Shown in pieces: positions 53,101 to 64,000 of a DNA stretch of 64,000 nucleotides. A program made the position numbers and the translations under genes. Source of the DNA: Eledone cirrhosa (Eukaryota); assembly GCA_964016885.1 (NCBI GenBank), contig OZ024744.1, positions 49,848,001 to 49,912,000 on the forward strand, written 5' to 3'. The notes below the pieces were generated by a model. It saw only the letters and a program-made list of their open reading frames with translations, did no database searches and was not told the DNA's origin. Position 1 is the first letter of the stretch; the number at the start of each line of letters is the position of its first letter.

Positions 53101-54607
53101 ATGTGTCCCTATCCTTCTCTCTAACTAGGACCCTATCTAGGTACGACCTAGATGTTCCGCTGCGATTGGTCCACGTCCATAGTGGTACAGTCGGAAAATC
53201 TAGTCGATATCTATCGGCCACGTCAAATCGGCCGATTAACCTTTTGAGGCTTTTACACCCCCTCTATTGGCACATGCCCCTACATAGTCCCAACGTGCAT
53301 CCAGGATACCATTCCAGTCCCCCACTAAAAGCAAGGAGCGGGACGTTCCCAGAAAGGTTTCCAGACGTTGGAAGTATTTCGGCCGCGCTGCCCAAAAAGG
53401 GGTGTACACAGCAATTAGTCTAAGGGCTCCACTATCACTACTGTCGACGTCTAAAACCACCAGTCGACCCTCCGGGTCCAGGTGCACCTTCTGTATGGCA
53501 AGGCCCAGGTGTTTTCGCAGCAGAACGACAACTCCACCCCCACCCCCCGGTTGACAGAGAGATGCGAAGATCTCAAAGTCGTCGAAGAGTGGCGCCAGTT
53601 GGCGCTCGCTGCTGGTCCTGGACTCGCAAATAGCCATTACATCCATTCTATGCGACCTGAGATCGTTTAAAAGTTTGCCTTATTTCCAAGACAGTCCCAG
53701 GCCGCGTACATTCAGACACCCAACTCTTATATCAGCCATGTTGGTTAAAAGAGGAAGGACCTACCTGTTCGGCTCCTGAGGAGCAGGTTGCACAATATCC
53801 ATGGGCGTATTGGAGGGGTTGTTTGGTGGGGTATTGTTCTGTGGTGGGGTGGGGGTGTTTGGTGAGGTGTGGGTGGGGAAACGTTTCAAGAGGACGCGGT
53901 TATAGGGTCGAGTACATGTTTTCCCCACGTCCTCAGGAAAGTTCTCTCTTAGTTTTGCATAGGTGTCCATTGGGAGTCTTATCATTTTTAAATGCGGTTT
54001 GTTGGCCGCGCTTGCAAAGAATTGCCCTTCAGTTTCCACCGAAGGGTCTTTGTGTATTGTTTTTACTAGTTCTTTGTTATTTGTGTTAATGTATGTATAC
54101 TGTTTTATTTGTGTTGTGTTTGTTTGTTGTTCTTGTGTGTGCTTGCGTTTTGTTGTATGTGTTATGTTTTGGGGTGGGGCGGATTTGTTTGTTCTGTTTG
54201 TTTTGTTTTTGTTGGTGGTTGTGTGTTTGTTTCGTTTATGTTCGAGTGGTGCTTTCTTTTTTTCCTTTTTACAGGTTGGAAGGGTCCCCCCTCTTCGTCA
54301 CTAGGTGCCGTTTCAGCTGGGTCCTCGTCCGTGCTGTCGGATAGTGGTGTATTTTGGGGTTTTGTTGTGTTTGTGTGTGTTTTTGGAGTTGTTTTGGGTG
54401 GGGCCGTGTCTTGTGTTATTTTTCCGTGTTGTTTTTGTTGTTGTTGTGGTGGTGGTAGTGGTGGTGGTGGCGGTGGCGGTGGTGGTGTGTGGGGTTAACG
54501 TATATTACAGTATAAAAAAAATTAATCAAAACTCACTTTTGAGTAAGTAAATCCAACTCGGTAGCCGAGCTTGTTCACACACGTCAACACACGTCTCTCG
54601 TATACGA
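50114..54607 (-). mobile_element. Second L1/Tx1-type LINE (related subfamily), ORF2 relic 50349-53739, most of ORF1 deleted
   Basis: Same APE/RT motifs as 40275-43716; 5' end agacgtgtgt is retained but joined directly to the ORF1 tail near 54495. Confidence 0.92.
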
Positions 54608-55600
54608 GATGTTATGTGAGATATTATGTGAGGTAAAGCCTTTACTGTGAAAATACAATAGTATATATAGAGTAATGTAAATGTTATGTGAGATATTATG
54701 TGAGGTAAAGCCTTTACTGTGAAAATACAATAGTATATATAGAGTAATGTAAATGTTATGTGAGATATTATGTGAGGTAAAGCCTTTACTGTGAAAATAC
54801 AATAGTATATATAGAGTAATGTAAATGTTATGTGAGATATTATGTGAGGTAAAGCCTTTACTGTGAAAATACAATAGTATATATAGAGTAATGTAAATGT
54901 TATGTGAGATATTATGTGAGGTAAAGCCTTTACTGTGAAAATACAATAGTATATATAGAGTAATGTAAATGTTATGTGAGATATTATGTGAGGTAAAGCC
55001 TTTACTGTGAAAATACAATAGTATATATAGAGTAATGTAAATGTTATGTGAGATATTATGTGAGGTAAAGCCTTTACTGTGAAAATACAATAGTATATAT
55101 AGAGTAATGTAAATGTTATGTGAGATATTATGTGAGGTAAAGCCTTTACTGTGAAAATACAATAGTATATATAGAGTAATGTAAATGTTATGTGAGATAT
55201 TATGTGAGGTAAAGCCTTTACTGTGAAAATACAATAGTATATATAGAGTAATGTAAATGTTATGTGAGATATTATGTGAGGTAAAGCCTTTACTGTGAAA
55301 ATACAATAGTATATATAGAGTAATGTAAATGTTATGTGAGATATTATGTGAGGTAAAGCCTTTACTGTGAAAATACAATAGTATATATAGAGTAATGTAA
55401 ATGTTATGTGAGATATTATGTGAGGTAAAGCCTTTACTGTGAAAATACAATAGTATATATAGAGTAATGTAAATGTTATGTGAGATATTATGTGAGGTAA
55501 AGCCTTTACTGTGAAAATACAATAGTATATATAGAGTAATGTTAATGTTATGTGAGATATTATGTGAAGTAAAGCCTTTACTGTGAAAATACAATAGTAT
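54608..55600. repeat. 72-bp tandem repeat, main block (~14 near-identical units)
   Basis: Visible; a last unit sits at 56439-56520. Confidence 0.97.
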
Positions 55601-56438
55601 CATCATCGTTTAACGTCTAACTTCCACGCTAGCATGGGTTTAGACGGGAATTATTCCACGTGAGGCAAGATTGGTTGTCTTGCTCGTATAGGACTGACTG
55701 GCAGGTTTTCTACGGCTAGATGCCCTTCCTAACACCAACCACATTTACAGTGGGGACTGTGAGGTTTTTACCGTGTCACCTACACAGCCACATTACAGCG
55801 TGGACTGTGTGTTCTTTTTGTCATGACACCTACACAACCTCATTTGTTTAGGACTGGATGCTGTGGTAACCCATGACTTTACAGAGAAAGGGATGGTGTA
55901 GATAGGAGTGGGGGTAGGGTAGTGGGATGGGGGTGTATTTTTTGGTTAAGGGTGCCTACTGACTGTATGTTTCGCTTTGTACTTAGGCAAGGCGGGTCTT
56001 CTGTATTACTGCCTAGTGCCAGTGACATTGTCCAGTGATATTGTCTTGGAGAGGTGTAAGTGTGTAAGTTCAGAATTTATCAAATCGTCCCAGGTTTTTC
56101 TGGGTCTGCCTACTCCGTAGTTTCCATCAATTTTGATCGCCCTGCACTTTTTTATACAGCTGTCATCTTTCATGCGCATGACTTGACCATACCAACGTAG
56201 TCTTCTCTCCAGTAAACAGCATCCGATCCCTCTTATTCCTAATTTCTCCCTTAGTTCATTTATGCTTTGCCGTTCACGTATATTACTATTACACATCCAA
56301 CGGAGCATGCAAGCTTTGTTCCTCTCCAGTCTGCGCAGATCCTCTGCACACAATGCCCATGTCTCACTGCCATGTAACATTGCTGTTCTTATGCAGGCAT
56401 CATGCAGTCTGCTTTTCATTTTTAGATAGAAACCTCTC
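55600..56438 (-). mobile_element. RTE LINE 3' fragment (family of 14905-18065) with long 3' UTR and (GAT)n tail
   Basis: MLHGSETW...RRLRWYG..GRPRKTW; 3' UTR matches 17930-18065. Confidence 0.9.
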
Positions 56439-56851
56439 TAAATGTTATGTAAGATATTATGTGAGGTAAAGCCTTTACTGTGAAAATATAAAAGTATATA
56501 TATAGAGTAATGTAAATGTTAAAGGGTTAAATCAATTTTCCTGACCTGATGAACACCACTTCCACCATTACCACCCACTTTCATAAAGAAAATATATACA
56601 AGAGATTTTGAGAGAAAATCCACACATGTTTAAACTAACCTCTAAATATGAGAAAACTATTTGATAAGATTGAAACCAGTTATACGTGATAAAACATAAA
56701 TTCATTCGATGTCACAATTATAAAAATATTTATTCTGTTGGATTAAAGAAAAAGAGACTTATTAATGTCCATACACCTGTGCTTCTACATTTTACTTTTT
56801 ACAACTATCTATCTATCTATCTCTCTTTCTCTCTCTATATATATATATATA

Positions 56852-57665
56852 CTAGCATAGTACAAGGTGTTACCCGGGTTAAAGAAAATAATGAATTTTC
56901 ATTCAAAACTTTTTCTAGGGTATATTTGAAACTTCTAAAATAGTTGTTTATATGTATGTAACATATCTTGCAATATGATTTCATACTTAGTTTCTTTATT
57001 CTTTTCACATTATGTCTGTGTTTGGATTTTCATATCACTGATGAAATACAGTTGTAAATATTTTGGTTCTTCTTCTGAAAGTGGCTGATGTGGACCAATT
57101 CTATTATACACTTGCCCTTGGATCTTGAAAGTGAGTATAAAGCCAACTTCATGGATGACATTTGCACCGAAGGATGTAATTTGGAATGCGTTATTGTACT
57201 TCTGGATATGTTGAAGAAAGTGTCTTTAGTTTTGCCAATCAGCTTCCCCTCAAGAGTTCTGGTCATTCAGGTAATAGTTAAAACTTAATCGTTCTATTTA
57301 AACAACACAATCCAATTGACTCACCATTCTATTTTTTAGCACCACATTTTAGACAAATTTTGTTCATGGAGGAAATATGAATTAAAGGTTCTGAGGCATA
57401 GTCTTGATGTGGATTGTAACTAAAAGCAACAACGTTCCACACAGCAACCTTTGCTCTCAGTTCACATAGGCTTTGATTTGTTTGAGCTTCTGTTTCTTCA
57501 TGTTACATTTGAGTTGCTTGATTTCTCCTCTTTTGCTGTTTTAATGATTTCCATCCTGTCTATTCTGTGCCCTTCTTATTCTTTGTTGTTGAAGTCTTGA
57601 TGATCTTTATTCATCTGATTCGTCCTCTCTGTTTTGTGCTGTTGTTTTATACATCTAATTCCTCT
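56852..57665 (-). mobile_element. Internally deleted Helitron (N-terminal RepHel relic joined to 3' CTAG end)
   Basis: Minus translation AFSYNP..MNKICLKCGAKK*NGESIGLCC and HFLQHIQKYNNAFQITSFGA..TFKIQGQVYNRIG..KYLQLYF; degenerate hairpin then CTAG|T at 56852. Confidence 0.8.
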
Positions 57666-57694
57666 ATACATACATACATACATACATACATACA

Positions 57695-57730
<36 letters not shown>

Positions 57731-57837
57731 CATACATATATACATATATATATACATACATACATACATACATATATATATACATACATACATATATACA
57801 TATATATACATACATATATGCATATATATTTATATAT

Positions 57838-58447
57838 GGTGGCTGCCAACTCGTTTTCGAGTACGGCCACTACTTTATAACCATGTAGGAGAACCCCTAC
57901 CAATGGGCTGAACGAGTGTGACTTTTTAGTCCAGCCAGCGACTTGAAAACTCTGGTACAAACACTACACTTGTGACAATTATTGACACTTAGTGCTGGGC
58001 CCATGGTACCATGTAATGACAAGTGCAGAGAGATCTCCAGATACAAAGCAATGCCTGTGCCGTGAAGCTTTTATAGTGAGCAAAGGCACTGCACAAAGCC
58101 AGTCCCACTCTCTTAACCAAGATGATATTTACCAAAAAGAAGAACAAGTCAACATCATTGGATACCATCAGGGTTGCAGGTGTTATATCAGAGTTTTCCT
58201 TCTCCTAGAATTCTGCCTTGACTAAGGCTAAAGGGGTCATCTCTCCCGGTGATTTTGGATGGCCATTGACTCTTAAGAGCTCCTTTGCCCTTTGACAGGT
58301 TTTGTTTTTAGTCCTGCAGGATGTCCAAAGTCACCCTCCTCACCAAGAAACCTTGGTGGGGTTGCCAGTTTAGTCGCCAACGACCCGACCATGAGACAGG
58401 TTGTACTGGGATACATGTTACCAGTAGCACCAACTGGTGACCTGACA
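57838..58447 (-). mobile_element. Non-coding bipartite RTE-derived element
   Basis: RTE-type 5' UTR motif tctaggagaaggaaaactctga; 3' end tggccgtactcgaaaacgagttggcagccacc resembles the tail of the zinc-finger RTE (59035-59070). Confidence 0.6.
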
Positions 58448-58491
58448 TACATATATACATATATATACATACATACATACATATATATATA

Positions 58492-58527
<36 letters not shown>

Positions 58528-58643
58528 TATATACATATATATACATATATACATATATATATATATACATATATACATACATATATATATATATAGATAC
58601 AGACATATATACATATATATATATATACATACATATATATATA

Positions 58644-58675
<32 letters not shown>

Positions 58676-59034
58676 CATACATATATACATACATATATAC
58701 ATATACATACATATATACATACATATATACATATACATACATATATACATACATATATACATATACATACATATATACATACATATATACATATACATAC
58801 ATATATATATATACATACATATATACATACATATATATATACGTATACATACATATATACATACATATATATATATACATATACATACACATATACACAC
58901 ATATATACATACATACATACATACATACATACATACATACACACATATACATACATATATACATACATACATACACATATACATACATACACACATACAT
59001 ATATATACATATACATACATATATACATACATAT
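58448..59034. repeat. (TACA/TA)n compound microsatellite
   Basis: Visible in sequence. Confidence 0.95.
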
Positions 59035-60100
59035 ATGATGGCTGCCCCCTCGTTATCGAGTATGGCCATTGCACGAGGAGAAAAAAAAATTAATAAATAA
59101 ATAACAAATAAAATAAAAAAAAAAGAAATATATATATATATATATACACACATACATATACATATACACACACACACTCACACACATATACATTAATAAC
59201 AATAATAATAATAATAATAATAATAACAACAATAATAATAACTACAACAACAATAATAATATACTTATACATATATATATATACACACACACGCACACAC
59301 ATAAACATATCTATACACACTCACACACACGATAGCAACTAACAGCGCTGCGATCGAATGTGGCTTTTTAGCCCAGCCAATGATCTAAAATGTCTTGCAC
59401 AGAGTCGGCAACCAAAACATTCACTGGGAATAGTCGGCTGTGGTTGGTGTTCGTGTACTTTTGCATGTCGCTTGAGCTCTCCTGCTGATTTACATTCTCT
59501 ACTACATGTTTGGCAAGCATGATGAGTAGCATCTCCAACAGCAGCCTGGTAGTCAACCACTGGTCTTACTTTATGACTGCGAAGATGACTTTCGAGTCCA
59601 GCTTTGCTTAGGCAGAGTCTCGCACAGACGCTGCATGTCAGCGCCATAGGAGGACCTTCGCCGTCTGGAAATGCAACAGTAATGCCCTTCCTCATATCCC
59701 GCTTTACTTTCTCGTATGCGATTCGAGATGCCTCAAAGACAACTTTTCCATCATATACAGTCTTTCTCCATTTATTACGATCAGCAGCAATATTTTCCCA
59801 AGTATCAGCAGAGATGTTAGCGTCTTTCAAAGAGGCTTTCAAGGAATCCTTATACCTCTTTTTTGGTTTATGTGGCGGTCGTTTTCCTTTAACCAACTCT
59901 CCATAAAAGAGTTGTTTTGGTATTCTAGAATCCTTCATCCTGGCAAGGTGACCACTCCAACGGAGTCGTTGCTTAAGCACAAGACCTTCTATACTGTCAC
60001 ACATAGGGCTTTCCAAAATCTCGACATCACTGATGTGGTCCCTCCAGTGAACGCCATGGATCCGTCTGAGACACATCTGATGGATCCGTCTGAGACACAT
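59035..60100 (-). mobile_element. RTE LINE 3' fragment with three C2H2-type fingers (ORF 59339-60100)
   Basis: RLRWSGHLARMKDSRIPKQLFYGEL..KPKKRYKDSLK..WENIAADRNKWR followed by three CxxC...H repeats. Confidence 0.92.
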
Positions 60101-60101
60101 C

Positions 60102-62660
60102 CTCTTGATTCCAAATGCTGTTTCTATAGGCAGAATTTCTTCTCTAGCTCCTAAACAGATTCTGATATAAGAACCAGATCATCAGCATAGAGAAGTTCCC
60201 ATGGGCAGCCAGTCTTAAACTCCTCTGGTATAGCTTGCAGGACTATAATGAAAAAGAGCGGGCTGAGGACCGAACCCTGATTTACTCCTACTTGTATCTG
60301 GAATTCCTCACTAAACTCCATTCCTACCATCACTTTCCTGACAGCACCTCTGTACATAGCTTGCACTGTCCTCATAAGCCATTCCTCTACACCTAGTTTC
60401 CTTAGGGACCTCCAGATGACAGATTGGGGTACCCTATCAAAGGCCTTCTCTAGGTCAACAAAAGCTAAGTATAGTGGCTCACTCTTCTCTAAGAACCTCT
60501 CTTGTAGTAGTCTCACTAAGAAGAGGGCATCTGTTGTACAGGCATCTGTTGTTCCCAGGCACAAAACCAAACTGCATCCCATCTTATTTGACCCTTTCTC
60601 TAATTAGTTAATATTCGCTAATATTCTCTCTGCCACTTTCATTACCTGATCGATCAGTTTATGCCCATATAATTGCTCCTCTCCAGGGCATCTCCTTAAC
60701 CTTGATAGCAATTTATGAGAATACTGCTGCACCAGTCTTTGGGTATGACACCACCATATATAGCTTGATTGACGATGCATGCACCAGTTTAGCACCTACT
60801 TCTCCTGATGTCTTCATCTCAGCAACTATCCCTGACAGTCCAGCAGCCTTACCATTTTTCATTTCCTTAATTGCCTCTTGTACCCTATAGTCATCAATCT
60901 CAATAGCTGGTCCCTCTGTCTTGTCTACTGGGGGTAGTTTATCTCTCTCCCATTCGTTCTCCACATTCATCAGTCTCTCATAATGGCATTTCCAGACCTC
61001 CTTTTTCTGATCATTAGTCACACTAAGTACACCGGAATCTTTTCAGACACATTTATCTTCAACAACATCCTGATTTGCACTGACTCACTGTCTTGCAATG
61101 CAGAACACCGCACATCTCTGATCTTCCCATCGCAGGACATTGGCAAACCTCCTACTCTCAGCCTCCCTGCGTGCTAAGTACACCTGATGTCTAGCTTCTC
61201 TCTTAGCAGCTGTGTATCGGTCTCTACCCCCACCATTTTCCCAAGCCTTCCATGCCAGTCTTTTGTCTCTAATGGCCATATCTACCGTGCTGTTCCCCCA
61301 CCAGGTTACTCTCTGTCTGGTCGGAGCTCTGCCCCAGCCACAAGTTTTTTCAGTAGCCTGCAGTAAGTTGTCACATGATTCTAAATCGTCTTCGTTCTCA
61401 TCATACACATTTTGAAGGGCTTTCCTAAATTTATATTTAAGTGAAAGGTCTTTTAGTTTCCAGACCTTCCTTTTCCACACCTTCCTGTATGTCTTATTTT
61501 GTCTCTTGCTTATTGAGATGTCACTAACTACTAACCTATGCTGTGGGGTACATTCTTCCCCGGGGTATGCCTTAGTATTTGACACCATCTGTCTGTTCGC
61601 TGCCTAACTAGCAAGAAGTCAATCTGGCTTATGTGCTCGCCTGATTTGTAGGTTATTAGGTGGTTGGCAGGTTTCTTGAAGTTGTGTTGCAAATGGTTAG
61701 TGCACTTGCATCACAAAATTCAAGAAGCCTCACACCTTCGTTTCTTGAGCCATTACCATGCCCACCATGTACCCCAGTGTATCCATCCTGGAGTTGTCCA
61801 ACATGACCATTGAAGTCCCCTGCTAGCATAACGATGTCTCTGTCCTCTGTCATTACGGCTGTTTGTAAAAGTTGCTCGTAAAAGCAGTCTTTCTCTTCTT
61901 TACTTAGGCCTGCCTGGGGAGCATAGGCAACGATGATTGTCAGCAGTCTCCTGCCTACAACTAATCTAAGCTTAATTATTCTATTACACACTCTAGCTAC
62001 CTCTATTGTCTCATCAATCAATCTCTTAGCCAGTAAAATGCGTACCCCAACTAATCCATCATCATTACCTACCCAGAAAAGCTTATAACTAAGATGTTTG
62101 CCTGCAATTAGTCTTGCAGAGGCACCTCTCCATCTCACCTCTTGCACGCATCCTCATGTCTTCTCTCTAGAATCTCAACTATCTCACAGATCTACCTGTT
62201 AGAATGCCAGCATTAAGTGTGGCTACTCTGAGATTCAACACCTCCATATTCTTGTTCTTGTTGTGCGATTGATTGATGACGGTCAGGGGGTTCTCGCACA
62301 TAGCTTCAGCAGCCACCCCACTACCGTGCGCAGCTCTAACATGGTTAGTGTTATTGCTGTTTACACAGTTATTGCAATACTTATTTGTTGTGCTCATAAC
62401 TTTGGTATTAATATATACTAGTTGGATGCCCTTCCTAACACCAGCACCACTTTACAGCATGGAATGGGTGCTTTTATTCATGCCACCAACACTAGGGAAG
62501 TTGTCTTACTGGACTTAGGGGACTTCTTCACCCTGCACCAATTTATTCGAAGTGGTAGCTCTCCTAGATGGGTTGCCTGCTCTACGGTTTAAGGAGCCTT
62601 CGTCTGCTCTTGGTTTAACGTACTGTGTGCATGAGTGGTTAGCGTACAGCGCCAGGCATG
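60102..62660 (-). mobile_element. RTE LINE 5' part (5' UTR, APE, RT to YADD), disrupted
   Basis: Same N-terminus as 11384-11950; GDFNGHVG, FVDLEKAFDRV, QGSVLSPL, LYADDL. Confidence 0.92.
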
Positions 62661-62996
62661 TATACTGGAAGGTGATAGATGTAGGGTGGGTGGGACGAGA
62701 AATGGAGATTTCTAGGCTATCATAAACACAAACCCAGCTATTCAATATGAGCGATTTTCCATTACGAATATATATACCCACATACACACAAACGTACACA
62801 ACAGCTATAGGAATATAAACATACTCATTAGTACATATATTTATATATATGTAAACATCAAAAGGGGGAACAATGCCACTTATCTTATCTGCTTCCGTAT
62901 TCAGACTAATGTAAAATTTTAAAAGATTTCTCATGTTTGATTGTGTTGCTATTCTATATGAGCGATTTATATATACCCACATACAAACGTACATAT

Positions 62997-63095
<99 letters not shown>

Positions 63096-63198
63096 TACAC
63101 ACATATATACATACATATATATATATACACACACATATTGTCCCACCATTGCAAGCAGGGAAAAGCGGACGTAAAATGAGGATGATTATGATGATGAT

Positions 63199-63239
<41 letters not shown>

Positions 63240-63240
<1 letters not shown>

Positions 63241-63948
63241 CATATGTAGATGTACAGGGAAATTAGACAGTAGAAGTCGCACTGATAGGGACATTTTTCA
63301 AATGCAAGAGGGCGCTATAGAAGTGGTGGATAGCTTCCGGTACCTAGGAGATCAGATTAGCATGGGAGGAGGGTGTTCCGAGGCCATAGTATCTAGAATA
63401 AGGACGGGTTGGAAGAAGTTTAGGGAGCTGCTTCCTCTGTTGACGAAGAAGGGTTTCTCCCTGCGTACGAAAGGCCGGTTGTATGATGCCTGTGTGAGGA
63501 GCGCGATGCTGCATGGTAGTGAGACATGGGCAGCAACCGCAGAGGATATGCGACGGCTGGAGAGAAATGAGGCAAGCATGCTCCGTTGGATGTGCAGTGT
63601 AAATGTGCGTGAACGACCCAGCATAAATGTGTTGAGAGAGAAACTGTGTCTGAGAGGGATAGAATGTAGTGTACGGGAGAGGAGACTGAGGTGGTATGGA
63701 CATGTGATGCGCATGGAGGATGACCGATGGGCGAAGAAGTGCCAGGAATTGCCAGTTGAAGGAAGACGTGGTAGAAGTAGACCACGAAAAACATGGGCCG
63801 AGGTGGTGAGAACAGACCTCAGATCATTGAAGCTCACGGTGGAGATGACGAGGGACCGTGACGAGTGGAGAGATGCTGTGCTGAATAAGACCCGTCTCAC
63901 CCTTGCAAGCAGGGAAAAGCGGACGTAAAATGATGATGATGATGATGA
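63240..63948 (+). mobile_element. RTE LINE 3' fragment, ORF uninterrupted to its stop, (GAT)n tail
   Basis: [36 protein letters not shown]; a solo tail of the same family lies at 63138-63200. Confidence 0.93.
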
Positions 63949-64000
63949 TATATATATATACATACATATATAAATATACCTACATACATACATATATATA

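Larger units (their letters stand above)
49793..56526. mobile_element. piggyBac-like MITE expanded by a 72-bp array and two nested LINEs
   Basis: Left (tgaa)CCCTTTAgtatcta and right taaatgtTAAAGGG(ttaa) form imperfect 14-bp TIRs with TTAA on the right; 72-bp units lie near both ends. Confidence 0.6.

Noticed and set aside
54584-55606. 340-aa ORF of perfect 24-aa repeats
   Set aside because: Translation of the 72-bp satellite with no synonymous variation; the array is interrupted by LINEs.
60102-63948. Minus-strand RTE 5' half and plus-strand RTE 3' half as one inverted element
   Set aside because: They are separated by unrelated DNA and a solo tail, and the 3' piece is intact while the 5' piece is heavily decayed, so they are likely separate insertions.

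Overview
Repeat-saturated eukaryotic DNA, most likely from an octopod cephalopod. This is an inference from the SINE families, the RTE/Penelope content and the dense (TA)n/(CA)n/(TACA)n/(CAT)n microsatellites. I cannot support any host protein-coding gene, and most ORF-track entries are microsatellite artefacts. The window is a nested set of mobile elements: at least six Penelope-like elements (PLEs, mostly Naiad-like YRDD RT plus C-terminal GIY-YIG endonuclease, one near full length with pLTR direct repeats), two RTE-clade LINE types (one with a PHD-like Cys/His insert, one with tandem C-terminal C2H2 fingers) and their bipartite non-autonomous derivatives, two L1/Tx1 LINEs, CR1, CRE-type and hAT relics, three Helitron derivatives, tRNA-derived SINEs and a piggyBac-like MITE inflated by a 72-bp array. 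The main signal that no ORF track shows is about 20 intact or degenerate minimal hammerhead ribozyme (HHR) motifs. They include an almost homogeneous 4 x 485-bp ORF-less tandem array with one HHR per unit (retrozyme/circular-RNA candidate), several fold-back structures with an HHR on each strand, HHRs with long stem II inserts, and a recurrent ACTC...TYGAGT motif downstream of four unrelated HHRs. All structures were folded by eye and element boundaries are approximate.
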